Notes under the pieces: model-generated
Databases searched by the model: none
The model's input: the letters and a program-made list of their open reading frames with translations, nothing else
What the model was told of the DNA's origin: nothing
NCBI RefSeq assembly: GCF_001194135.2
Contig: NC_068981.1
Coordinates: 159,613,085-159,659,635 of the forward strand
DNA from: Octopus bimaculoides
Taxonomy: Eukaryota
Direction of reading: 5' to 3'
Length of the DNA stretch: 46,551 bases
Position numbers and translations under genes: made by a program
Part shown: one piece after another, positions 1 through 11,325 of the stretch
Layout of the letters: every line of letters begins with the position of its first letter
Numbering within the stretch: the first letter of the stretch is position 1

Positions 1-67
1 ATATATATATATATATACATACAAACATACATACATACATACATACATACATACATACATACATACA

Positions 68-99
<32 letters not shown>

Positions 100-135
100 C
101 ATACATACATGTGTGTGTGTGAGTGTGTGTTTGTG
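1..135. repeat. (AT)n/(ATAC)n/(GT)n compound microsatellite
   Basis: Direct reading of tandem units. Confidence 0.95.
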
Positions 136-679
136 TATTTATGTATGTATATATTTGAATTCTCTGTGTATTTTGAATTGATTATATATATAACTGTATT
201 CATTGGAACATTATGTATTATTATTCGCCCATGTTCATGTCGTGTGATTTAATAAAATGATGGCTATTAAAAGGCGGTTATTTGAAGAGAACAGTTATAT
301 TTCGAGAAGAGTTAAGTTTCATAGATTTTTATGAGTATTCATTATTTTCTTATCTTTTCATTTCCTCTTGCTTACTAACAGAACATTTCACCTTCCTCAA
401 CCACATTCTTTACGGCTTTCTGAGGGGAATATTTATTTGTAAAACCATTACATTCTATGTCAGAATAGTCTCAGGCCATGTTTTAGAAAAACATATTCAT
501 ATCAACTAAAACTCATAAAATGTGGTTATTTCACTATCATTGTAGGAAAAGACATATTTGATGTTATCGTATATTATAAAGATAAAATTTATATAAATTT
601 CTATCATAATGCATTCAAATTACAGTTTATTCAAACGTTTCAATAATGTTAAACGTTAATAACTTTTGATTAATACTGC

Positions 680-883
680 TTTCAAATTTTGGCACAGGGC
701 CAGCAATTTCGGGGGAGGCGGGGAAGCCGATGACAGCGACCCTAGCGTTCAAACGACACTTAGTTTATTAATTCCGTGAAGATGAAAGGCAGAGTCGACC
801 TCGGTGGAATTTGAAATCAGAACGTACAGACGGGCGAAATGTTGCTAAGCATTTCGCCCGGCGTGCTATCGATTCTGTCAGCT
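680..883 (-). mobile_element. tRNA-derived SINE family A (Nin-like core)
   Basis: Reverse complement matches the window consensus gctggcagaatcgttagcacgccgggcgaaatgcttagc...gttctgagttcaaattccgccgaggtcgactttgcctttcatcc...aaattgctggccttgtgccaaaatttgaa. Confidence 0.85.
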
Positions 884-1088
884 TTGGCATAAGACCAGAA
901 ATTTCGGAGAAGGGGATAAGTCGATTATATCGACCCCTAGTTCACAATTAACACTTATTTTATCGACCCCGAGAGGATGAAAGGTAAAGTCAACCTTAAA
1001 GGAATTTGAACTCAGAACGTAAAGAAGGACGAAATACCGTTAAGCATTTCGTCTGACGTACTAACGATTTTGTCATCTCGACACCTTA
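884..1088 (-). mobile_element. SINE family A, tandem copy
   Basis: Same consensus, abuts the previous copy. Confidence 0.85.
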
Positions 1089-1115
1089 CTTTTGATTAGT
1101 ATTACTTTCAAATTA

Positions 1116-1290
1116 TAAGGCGGTGAGCTGGTAGAATCGTTAGCATGCCGGGCAAAAATGCTTAACGACAATTCGCCTGTCTTTACGTTCTGAGTTCAAA
1201 TTCTGTCGATGTCAACTTTGCCTCTCATCCTTTCTGAGGTCAACTTGCCCACTCTCCTGAAAATGTTGCCCTTGTGCTAAAACTTAAAAC
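1116..1290 (+). mobile_element. SINE family A with internal deletion
   Basis: aaggcggtgagctggtagaatcgttagc...gttctgagttcaaattc...cttgtgctaaaac. Confidence 0.85.
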
Positions 1291-1583
1291 TATTATTACT
1301 TTTGAATTTAAAAATAAAATCTAAAAGCTGTGAATTCTTTAATACACTGTGGATAGTGTTTTCAATTACGTTTCAACTAAAANNNNNNNNNNNNNNNNNN
1401 NNNNNNNNNNNNNNNNNNAAAAAAAAAAAAAACAGCTTGGATCAAGTTGCCGTAAAGAATAAATGAACCAAAGAAAAACTTTTTTTATTGAGACCGAATT
1501 TATTTCGTTCTATATTTAAGAGATGAGGAATTATGTACATTATTTACATTTGACGAATATTTGTCCTCATCTTGTTTGTTGTT

Positions 1584-1629
1584 AACACAACGTTTCGGCT
1601 GATATACACTCCAGCCTTCACCAGGTGTC
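1584..1629 (-). ncRNA. Minimal type I hammerhead ribozyme motif (PLE-type); core reads CUGGUGA in this copy
   Basis: Minus strand: GACAC-CTGGTGA-A-GGCTG(gagtgtatat)CAGCC-GAAAC-GTT-GTGTT; stem I GACAC/GUGUU, 5-bp stem II, palindromic AACGTT stem III. Confidence 0.7.
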
Positions 1630-1706
1630 TTCATCAGGAAATTTCGAACCTGGGTTCTCATTCCTAAGGTATTTTTCGATGTTATTATTATTATTATTAT
1701 TATTCA

Positions 1707-1778
1707 GGTCACTGCCTGGAATCGAACTCGGAATCTTGGGGTTAATATCCTACACTCTTAACCACTACGCCATATGCC
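1707..1778 (-). mobile_element. tRNA-derived Pol III promoter module (A and B boxes) inside the PLE terminal repeat
   Basis: Minus strand: ggcatatggcgtagtggttaagag...gagttcgattccaggcagtgacc; A box TGGCGTAGTGG, B box GAGTTCGATTCC; acceptor stem does not pair. Confidence 0.75.
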
Positions 1779-1875
1779 TGTGGGTAATTATGGATTGAAT
1801 TTTAGGGCTTATAAATCTAATATTTTCCTATCCTTCCTTAATACCAGTTTCCATATGCCATTCATATCTGCATAT

Positions 1876-2623
1876 CACGGACACCTTTATACTCTGGCTC
1901 CACCAGGAAGATGTCCAAGTGCTGTTAAATCATGTGAACAATAAAGCCATCCATACAATTCCCAATGGAAAAGGAAAAAGAAAATCAGCTAGCATTCCTG
2001 GACGTATTAATAACACGCACCGAGTATGGATTCAGGACATCCGTATACCGCAAGCCGACCTTCACTGGACGATACCTTAACTTCAATTCCCACCATNNNN
2101 NNNNNNTCCGTATACCGCAAGCCGACCTTCACTGGACGATACCTTAACTTCAATTCCCACCATCTATACAGTGTAAAGAGAGGGATTGTTCAGTGCCTAA
2201 AACATTGAGCAAAGAATATAAGTAGAGATCGTGATACCTACCACGAAGAAATGATCAAGCTCAGTAACAATCTATTAAGCAACAACTACCCCCAAAACAT
2301 ACTATCTACTCCAATTATGAAGAAAAGAGAGGATGAAACCAATAAACTGTCTACAGTCTATCTACCCTATGTGAAAGGCCTTTCCGAAAAGATACAAAAG
2401 ATATGCAGCCCATATGACATCAGGACGATATTCAAGAGTAATACAACACTTCGCAAATATCTCCTTCGGGTGAAACCACCAATAGAAGAGAATATGACCC
2501 AAAACTGCGTGTACTCCATCCCATGCAGCTGTGGTAGGTTATACAAAGGCGAAACATGCCGCCCCATCAAAATAAGGGTAGAGGAACATCGCAAAGCTGT
2601 GACACGAGGAGATATTGATAAAT
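1876..2623 (+). pseudogene. 5'-truncated Penelope-like RT C-terminus plus GIY-YIG endonuclease
   Basis: DTFILW...MEKEKENQLAFLDVLITR...VYRKPTFTGRYLNFNSHH; CVYSIPCSCGRLYKGETCRPIKIRVEEH; a frameshift, an in-frame TGA at 2206-2208, and it runs into an N gap. Confidence 0.9.
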
Positions 2624-3294
2624 NNNNNNNNNNNNNNNNNNNNNNNNNNNNNNNNNNNNNNNNNNNNNNNNNNNNNNNNNNNNNNNNNNNNNNNNNNNNN
2701 NNNNNNNNNNNNNNNNNNNNNNNNNNNNNNNNNNNNNNNNNNNNNNNNNNNNNNNNNNNNNNNNNNNNNNNNNNNNNNNNNNNNNNNNNNNNNNNNNNNN
2801 NNNNNNNNNNNNNNNNNNNNNNNNNNNNNNNNNNNNNNNNNNNNNNNNNNNNNNNNNNNNNNNNNNNNNNNNNNNNNNNNNNNNNNNNNNNNNNNNNNNN
2901 NNNNNNNNNNNNNNNNNNNNNNNNNNNNNNNNNNNNNNNNNNNNNNNNNNNNNNNNNNNNNNNNNNNNNNNNNNNNNNNNNNNNNNNNNNNNNNNNNNNN
3001 NNNNNNNNNNNNNNNNNNNNNNNNNNNNNNNNNNNNNNNNNNNNNNNNNNNNNNNNNNNNNNNNNNNNNNNNNNNNNNNNNNNNNNNNNNNNNNNNNNNN
3101 NNNNNNNNNNNNNNNNNNNNNNNNNNNNNNNNNNNNNNNNNNNNNNNNNNNNNNNNNNNNNNNNNNNNNNNNNNNNNNNNNNNNNNNNNNNNNNNNNNNN
3201 NNNNNNNNNNNNNNNNNNNNNNNNNNNNNNNNNNNNNNNNNNNNNNNNNNNNNNNNNNNNNNNNNNNNNNNNNNNNNNNNNNNNNNNNNNGTAA

Positions 3295-3609
3295 TTATTC
3301 TATCGGTCTCTTTTGCCGAACCGCTAAGTTACGGGTACTTAGACACACCAACATCGGTTGTCAAGCCATGGTTGGGGGACAAACACAAACACACAAATAC
3401 ACACACACACGCACACACACACACACACACACAAACATATATATACGACGGGTTTCTTTTAGTTTCCGTCTACCAAATCCGCTCACAAAGCTTTGGTCGG
3501 TCCGAGGCTATAGTAGAAGACACTTGCCCAAGGTGCCACGCGGTGGGACTGAACTCGGAACTATGTGGTTGGGAAGCAAGCTTCTTACCACACAGCCAAG
3601 CCTGCGCCT
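3295..3609 (-). mobile_element. tRNA-derived SINE family B (CORE/Ceph-like domains, internal (GT)n)
   Basis: Minus strand: aggcgcaggcttggctgtgtggtaagaagcttgcttccc...ccttgggcaagtgtcttctactatagcc...gtgagcggatttggtagacggaaact; domain names are from recall. Confidence 0.8.
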
Positions 3610-4133
3610 ATATAACACTAGATAATTTTATGCTACGAAAACATAAACAAGGATATAAGTAAACTATGACATTATTTCAAAACAGATGTTTACGTGTTTT
3701 TAAGTTCTCAGTAACTTATTATTTCGATTATCTTGTTAATTTTATGATATATAAAACTCCTCAAATTTCTTCAAATTTCTTTAAATATCATGGAAATATC
3801 AGCTGGAAAATCTGAGAGGGAAAAGAATCAATAGAGAATCCAAAGCTACAGGGCTCCATAATTAATGAATAATACAGAAAACTTTGATAAATATAAAGTT
3901 GTGATATCATAGAAAGACGAGAAGGAATCATTAATGTAGTTGTATGATTGCGAAGATAATAGATATGCAAGATAAAAAGTGACACATTTCATTCAACATT
4001 CACACTTCGAAGTTTTGCTTCTGCTGGAGTCGGATTTTTTTCCAGTTTATCGGACACGGAATCGGCACCATAAAAACATATAAAATCCATGTGTAAAAAT
4101 ATATATAAGAAAGAAAAATATATAATAACTCTT

Positions 4134-4343
4134 TCTAATTTAGGTGCAAGGTCAGTAGTTTTGAGGACAAGGAATAAGTCGATTACCTCAACTAAGTATT
4201 TAATTGACTGGTACTTTATTTTAGCAGCCCCCGAAAGGATGAAAAACAAAGTTGACTTCGCCGGGGTTCGAGTTCATATCACAAAAACCCAAAACAAGGC
4301 AATTTTACCCAAGGTCTAACGATTCTACTAGCACCCCTTCTTA
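4134..4343 (-). mobile_element. SINE family A, degenerate
   Basis: agtcgattacctcaact...aaaggatgaaaaacaaagttgacttcgccggg matches family consensus. Confidence 0.75.
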
Positions 4344-4370
4344 AAATATAACAACAGTAAAATTCTTTAT

Positions 4371-4560
4371 TTTCTAATTATGGTACAAAGCTAGCAATTT
4401 TGAGGGGAAGGGCCAAGTTGATTACATCAACTCTAGTACTTAACTGGTACTTTATTTTATCGACAACGAAAAGATAAAAGGCAAAGTTGACCTCAGAACG
4501 TAAAGAACTGCGAGAAATGTCACTAAACATTTTATCCGATGCACTAACGACTCTGCTAGC
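4371..4560 (-). mobile_element. SINE family A
   Basis: Family consensus; its head abuts a (TAA)n tract. Confidence 0.8.

Positions 4561-4646
<86 letters not shown>
4560..4646. repeat. (TAA)n microsatellite
   Basis: About 28 perfect units. Confidence 0.97.
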
Positions 4647-4647
<1 letters not shown>

Positions 4648-5820
4648 TGGACAGAGGAGAAGCTAAAGGAGATGGGCAGGAAGACAAAAACGCTCCTAAC
4701 GATGCATGCAGCCCATCATCCACGTGCAGACACTGATCATCTATACACGAAGAGAGCAAATGGAGGAAGGAGGCTGATAAGTGTGGAAGACTGCGTGCGT
4801 ATCGAACTCGAGTGTTTAATGACATACCCAGCCCAAAGTAAGGAAACCTTACAAGTGTCAGTTAGGAATGAGGGAGTATTGAAAGCAGCGAAAATGGGGA
4901 AACAAAGGCAGAAGTACAAAAAGGACAAGAAGAAGCATTACGCAACAAGACAGTACACGAGCAATTCCATGTAACCACAACAGAAATTGCTAGAAAACAT
5001 AGGTGGGATTGGGTGAAGAAAGGAACAGTGAAAAAGGAGACCGAGAGCAATATACTGGCAGCGCAAGACCAAGCTTTGGCCACGAATTGGAGGGTCAACC
5101 TTAGGAATGAGCAAGTGTCTCCGCTGTGCCGAATCTGTAATAGAGTGAACGAAACTATTACCCATATCACGAACGAATGCCCTAGAATTGCCCAAAACCA
5201 TTACAAGTTGTGACGATACGATAAGGTAGCGAAAGTGTTATACTGGAAACTGTGTGAAAAGTGGGGGTTAGAGAGGGGCAAGATGTGGTATAAGCACAAA
5301 CTGCAGAGAGTGGTGGAGTCAGAGACTTGCAAAATCTTCTGCAATTTCCCAATCCAAACAGATAAGGTACTAGATCATAACAGACCGGACTTAGTGGTAG
5401 CCAACAAGATGCACCACATGTGCTATATAGTTGATGTTGCGCGCCTCTTTGACCTACGAATAGTCAAGAAGGAAGGCGAAAAAATAAAATAGATAAATAC
5501 AACCATCTTATGTACGAAACAGCCCGGCTCTAGAAAATGAAGAAGGTGAAGATAGTGCCAATTATTGTTGGGTCCTTAGGAATAGTATCAGAATGCATCA
5601 AGGGGAATATAAAGGAAATTGGAATAGAGTGTGCAGTAGAACTGTTACAAAAGGTTTGCCTATTTGGTACGGCCAGGATAATCAGGTAAGTATTAGATAG
5701 TTGAAAAGAACAGATAGCATGGTACCGTAGGCTGCAGGCAGCAAGCTCGCTACGCATGCATGACTGCAGGGCATCCAACAAAACTTCTGATAAAAAGAAA
5801 TGATAATAACAGTAATAATT
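4647..5820 (+). mobile_element. 5'-truncated R4/Dong-type non-LTR retrotransposon (thumb, CCHC knuckle, REL endonuclease, 3' UTR)
   Basis: HHPRADTDHLYTKRANGGRRLISVEDC; AAQDQALATN; CRICNRVNETITHITNEC; FPIQTDKVLDHNRPDLVV...IVDVA; VPIIVGSLG; stops and frameshifts present. Confidence 0.9.
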
Positions 5821-5829
5821 TATGCAACA

Positions 5830-6600
5830 AGCCAAGGATGTTGGAAGAATAGAACGTTCGTTGTTACTAACAGAATACAGACCTGAAACGGAGAAACTGG
5901 ATCGCTGATTATAGCCAACCATTAACAAGCCATTAGAACAAATTTTATGAAGGCAAACTCAGCCAGAGCAAACACAAAATCTGTGGAAAAGGAGACGAAA
6001 GTATTAACCATCTTTTACGTGAATGCAGTATACTAGCATAAAAAGATTACAAGTGCAAGCATGGCTGTGTCGGTAAAAGTGTGTATTGGGATGTAAGCCG
6101 AGTGTGTGGATTTAGAGACAGAAAAGTGGTATGAACAGGAGTCAGAAGCTATGAAGGAAAATAATAGTTATAGGGTATTATGGGATTTCCCTATAAAAAC
6201 TGTGCATACTATTGAAACAGGGAAACCACATATAACTGTAAAGGACAAAAAGAAAAAAAAATAGTATAAGATCATAAACTTTTCAATAGTAGAGTGAGTA
6301 CTAAAGAAATTGAGTAAATTGAGAAATATCAAAACATAATCGAAGAAATGAAGAGATTGTGGACGAAAAAGGTAAAAGTTGTTTCTGTTGTAATTAAGGC
6401 ATTCGGTACACCATCCAAACTAAGAGGATGAAGAGAACTGAGACACACATTGTCACCCTACCGAAAAGTACCATCTTGTATTCTGCTAGAATCTTAAGAA
6501 AGCTACTTGGGATTTGAGGAGATTTGTTGTCTCCAAACCACATGACAACATCCTTGCTAACTAAAGTAGCATTAATAGCTTTATAAGAACAACAACAACA
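5830..6600 (+). mobile_element. Second R4/Dong 3' fragment, degenerate
   Basis: KICGKGDESINHLLRECSILA; KWYEQESE...VLWDFPIKT; ends with C-terminal remnants and a 3' UTR. Confidence 0.8.
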
Positions 6601-6619
6601 ATATTTAGCCCAGTTAGTG

Positions 6620-7060
6620 ACTTCGAAGTGACAGAAAAGTGATTTGAACATGAAACAAAGAGAATTACAGGATTTTATGACATTTCTCCATAGAGACTGA
6701 CTATACTATTGAAACAAGGTGACCAGATATGATTGTAAAGGACAAGTGAAAAAAATGTGGGGAATAGTGTCACATCAAAGGCTTTGCAACACCATGTGAT
6801 GGTAGGACGAATATCAACAAAATCAAGAGAAATGAAGAGATTTTAGAACACAAAAGTGACAAGTATTCCTGTGATAATTGGTGCATTTGGCACAACACCC
6901 AAGCTAATACCTAAGAGGGTGAAAGATATTGGAATTGCGACACGCATTGTCGACCTGCAGAAAAGTACCATTCCGTATTCTGCACGAATCCCGAGAAAGA
7001 TTCTTGAGATTTGAAAAGGCTCGTCGTAAAAACCTCAGGTTTTAATTAAGTTGGAATTAA
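6620..7060 (+). mobile_element. Third R4/Dong 3' fragment
   Basis: IPVIIGAFGTTPKLIPKRVKDIGIATRIVDLQKSTIPYSARIPRKILEI*. Confidence 0.8.
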
Positions 7061-7132
7061 AAACTGTTTGTAACTCTTCACGAAAGTAAATAGACAATAA
7101 TGAAAAGCTTTTCAAATAACAATAATAATAAT

Positions 7133-7411
7133 CCTTTCCAGTATAGGCACAGGTCTTTAAAATATTGGGGGAGGCGGCTAGTCGATTACATCGACCCAAT
7201 GCTCAACTGATACATATCTTACTAAAAGGATGATGGCAAAGTATACTACATATTGGTTTCAAATTCTGGCACAAGACCAGCAATTTCGGGGAAGGGGCTT
7301 AGTCGATTACGCCGACCCTAGTGTTTAAATGGTACTTATTTTGTATTGACTCAAAAACTGAAATGGAAGAAACATCCAGCATGCTAACGATTCTGCCAGG
7401 TCGCCGCCTTA
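7133..7411 (-). mobile_element. Two partial tandem SINE family A copies
   Basis: agtcgattacatcgaccc and agtcgattacgccgaccc 3' segments; head ctaacgattctgccaggtcgccgcctta. Confidence 0.7.
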
Positions 7412-8884
7412 GTGTGCTCTTTAAACTAAAAGGATAATCTATTCGATGGGGTTCCACGCAGTTTCCGGCTACCCAGTTTTACTCACGAGGCTTGAGTCGA
7501 CCCGAAGCTTCGTCTAAGATGACATACAGTATAGTTGAACTCGATACTTCGTAATTGCGAAGCGTACTTCCGAAACATTCGACCACGCTGCATTCTTAAA
7601 TAAACCTTACAAAAGCATGAAAGCTGCAGTTTCTTATTCTCCACTCCGAAATCCTTTAAGCTTTGTATCGATATATGAAACAAATATTATTCTTTCAATT
7701 GTATTGGTTTTGTTTCCAGCTAATATTTTTTCTATGATTGAGAAAAAAAAGTACTAAATGGGGCTGAATAAAACAGTGTTTTCATAATCTATTGGAAAAC
7801 AGATTTGAAAATTAAACCCGAAGTACAGATAAATTCTTACCTTGTTATGTTTCAGCTTAAAGCTACATCTTTTAGTTTGATCTTCCCTTCTAAGCGCAGT
7901 ATACCTCTTTTTGACTAATGAACTAGAGTGGTTCACTGCCAGGATTATTCCCGCTTCTTATTTATCGTAAACTATGCGGTTATGGGCTCATTCTTCTCAA
8001 GTAAATAATTGGCTTACTTAATTGTATTACATAGTCCGTTTTCTGGATATCAACTACAAAGGAGTTTATGTTCAACAAATACAATTTTGGAGCGCTCATG
8101 CATGTATATATATTTTTACAACTGTTTTAAGGTTATAACATTTGATGTTTTCAGCTTTTTCCATCGATTCTTTAAATAGATTTTAGTCGCCATTTACTGA
8201 AACCCAATGACGCCATTTTACATTATATATAATGACATTCAACCAAAAATTGCTTCCATTTAAAAGTTATTGTTCATTCCCTTTCTCTCCATCTATCTCT
8301 GTCTCACACACACGTTCTCTCTCTTTCTCTATTGCTCTCACTTTTTTTCCTGCTTGATTTGCCATTCATACACACGTTTAAATGAAATCGAAAATAAATA
8401 AATAAATAAAAATAGCAGTGATCCCCATGACAGCAACTTAACATCAAAGCTACAGTCAGACTAATCTATAGTTTTTAGCAGATGAAATGCAGACGTTTCT
8501 GACGTTCATGTAAGCTCACCAATCCATCTTCAAATTACATTGTCATTAAAAATTTAGCAACTTATGTATTTACTTTCAATGATCATGATCCCAGGTACAG
8601 TGAATTTGCAATATCATTTATATGACCCTTTGTAGATGTGGTGGTCTGTATTCACGACACAAATGTACTGTTCATACGAGAGGGAGCATGCACAATGTAT
8701 TCAGAAATAGCAGCCAGTTCTGCCTATTGTCTGTAGAAACGAACGATTGATTAGATTTGTGGTTCTCAAACTGACGAACACCAAACCCATCCATTTCCAA
8801 AAAAATTAGTGAAATTGTGTCCTCCTCCTTCTCCTCCCTCTATTAATGTGAAAACAAAAATGTGATTTGCAGTATTTGTTCCTG

Positions 8885-9035
8885 CACTTTACGTTCTGAG
8901 TTCAAATTCCTCGGCGGAATTTGAAATCAAATTTTTCAATGTCGATAAAATAAATTAATAGTCAAGAACTGGAGGGGGGCGATAGAACTGACTAATCCCT
9001 CTCCTGAAAAGGGCTAGCTTTGTACCTTATCCAAA
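8885..9035 (+). mobile_element. Partial SINE family A
   Basis: ctttacgttctgagttcaaattcc...gtcgataaaataa...ctttgtacctta. Confidence 0.6.
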
Positions 9036-9520
9036 AACCATTCAACTAGAGCTGACTTGGGGCTAAAGAACAATAATCGCTTACACATCTAGATTGTTCT
9101 TCCACTCCAAATATGTGGTAAATATTCAGGGGATTTATAGATAATCAGTAACAGTTCAACACTGAAGTATTTATTTTTAATGGCTTAGTCGGTCGAAGGG
9201 TTGCGCCCTAGATCTTTTCAGGGTTCGTGGAAGGAAATTAGAAAGTTATCCTCAGACCGGATACCTGGACCGAAGGCATGCAGTAGAATGGACTCGGTTA
9301 AAGGTACTCGGTCAACAGATTAACACCACATGACACATTATCACAAATAATGAAACCATTATCACATATATTGAAAGCCGTCCTTTCGGATGCAATTTTC
9401 ATTATCATATGTAATAGCTATGGAAAGAAATCGTGAGGTTTAACGGTAAACGTTTGTTCTGCGTGTCAGCGAAAAAGGTGTATATTGTTCATTGTGTTCA
9501 TTATCAAAAATTAGATATTG

Positions 9521-9693
9521 TTTCACACTCCAGAGGTTGTCGACAAGCCAAATCAGTTCATCCACATTTTATAATAAATGATGATCCGTTCAACTACAGG
9601 CCAGTATGCATGTGCATCGAACTCTCGCAAAATTATACGTGATGTTACATCATTCTATTGTTGGTATTTAACATAAAAATATAAGATAGTTAT
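9521..9693. repeat. LTR-like direct repeat, left copy
   Basis: tttcacactccagaggttg...cacattttataataaatg...acaggccagta...aatataagatag aligns with 12717-12887 at roughly 70% by eye. Confidence 0.7.
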
Positions 9694-10800
9694 AGAATAC
9701 TTAGTACTATATTCACTGTACAACAAAAGAAAGAACATTATGAAGAAATATTTCAAAGTTAGAAATTCACAAATGAAACAAGACCTTTATAATTAACAAC
9801 ACAAAAGCCATTGAAATTGGCATTCTTTTTGTTCTTTATGGTCTGTTAGAATAGTTTATTGCTATTATATTTAAGTGATGGTTTGATACACCTCCATCGT
9901 CAACTGTTTTCAAACTTACTGCTGTATAGATAGTGGGTTTTTGTGTCATAGAGAGGATAGTGTGATCGAGGTTTACGGTTTTCATCAAGGAAGGGTTGGA
10001 TTTCAGATTGAAGATCTCGAAATAAGTGTCTTGTTGAGATTATATCATGTCTTCTTGTTACCAAAACGAATGAAGACATGGTGATAAACGTGTACTTCAA
10101 TCGCAGGTAAATTTTCCACGAAGATTGGCACACCGACTAAAGTAAACTGAGTGGCGTTGAATAACAGCTTGAGAAGTTACTTTTCTTAAGCAAAATGCGA
10201 AAGGTTAACATACAGCCTTATTACATACTGTCAAAATGTAAGAGTTGTTCGTTTTAGTAATTGACTTTGATCCAACAATATCAAGTGACAGTCGCTGTCA
10301 AGCTCTTGTTGATTGTATCAGTTTGGTCGGTTGTAATTTTGATGAAGGTTTCAACCTTGCATACATATGACATGATATAATTTTAGCCTTAACGTATTTT
10401 TTTAATTGAATGCTTTCGTAAAAACAGTTTTTCTACCTAAGCCGTGATGTACTATTTCTTTGTGAGTTTTCTTAGTTACATCAACTTGTTCATCATTTGA
10501 CATCAATTCATTATCTTTAGCAATTGCGTAAATTCTACTCAAAGAGTCAGCAACGAAATTCTCACTTCCTGGACGGCATTCTATTTCACATGAGTACTCT
10601 GAGATCTGTAATCCACAACAACACAATTTATTATTATAATAGCAGGCTTAGATCAAATTGAATAGTTATTACTTGTTCATGTGTAACTAGTTAAAACTTT
10701 TATGTTAAAATATAATATCATACTTTTTTCTGATGATCTGACAATTGCAATGGGTTTTAATTCTACAATGGACCGTTTCTTTGACTGAGTGGCACTGAAT

Positions 10801-11325
10801 CTCCTTTCTTTCCTTTTTAGGTGCCATGTACAGAATGTAGGACATAGGCGATCATGTCTTGCCACAATTCTGTGTTTTTTTTGTTTTCTGTAACAGTTCC
10901 ACTTCCTGATATTTAATGCCCCTTTTTTCCAACACGTTCATCAGGATTGACATCCATATCATCCTTCTTCTTCCTCTGCTTCTTTCCCCTTTAATCTTTT
11001 CAGTCCTTGCTAAATTCTCCACACTTTCTTTCCTTATCATATGACTTAAATAGCTCGTTTGTTTGGACCTTATCTCACGAAGTGGTTTAATATTTACCAT
11101 AGCCCGGGTCAGCACTTCTTCATTAGACATTTTGTCCACACTATCTTCAATATTCTCTTTAAGAACCACATTTCACAACTCACCAAGCGCTTTCTCGTTC
11201 CTGATGTTATAGACCATATCTCACATCCATACAGGGTAGACATAGCAGCTAAATATACGGATCTTGGTCTTGATGCTCATAGTATGGTTTTTCAAGTGGC
11301 TGTCGATTTTATTTTCTTAATTGCT
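10801..11325 (-). mobile_element. 5'-truncated RTE-clade LINE fragment nested in the Gypsy remnant
   Basis: IKTKIRIFSCYVYP..YGCEIW..CEMWFLKRILK..KMSNEEVLTRA..KIKGERSRGRRRMIW, typical RTE C-terminus. Confidence 0.85.

Larger units (their letters stand above)
1490..1875 (-). mobile_element. Penelope-like element 3' end/pseudo-LTR, inverted relative to the adjacent ORF
   Basis: Minus strand reads a putative ORF C-terminus (NGIWKLVLRKDRKILDL*), then a tRNA-like segment, (AAT)n, a hammerhead motif and AATAAA. Confidence 0.7.

Noticed and set aside
1707-1778. Functional tRNA gene
   Set aside because: A and B boxes are good but the acceptor stem does not pair; SINE-type derivative.
2040-2160. Apparent 57-bp tandem duplication in the PLE ORF
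   Set aside because: Identical sequence on both sides of a 10-N gap; typical unmerged contig overlap.
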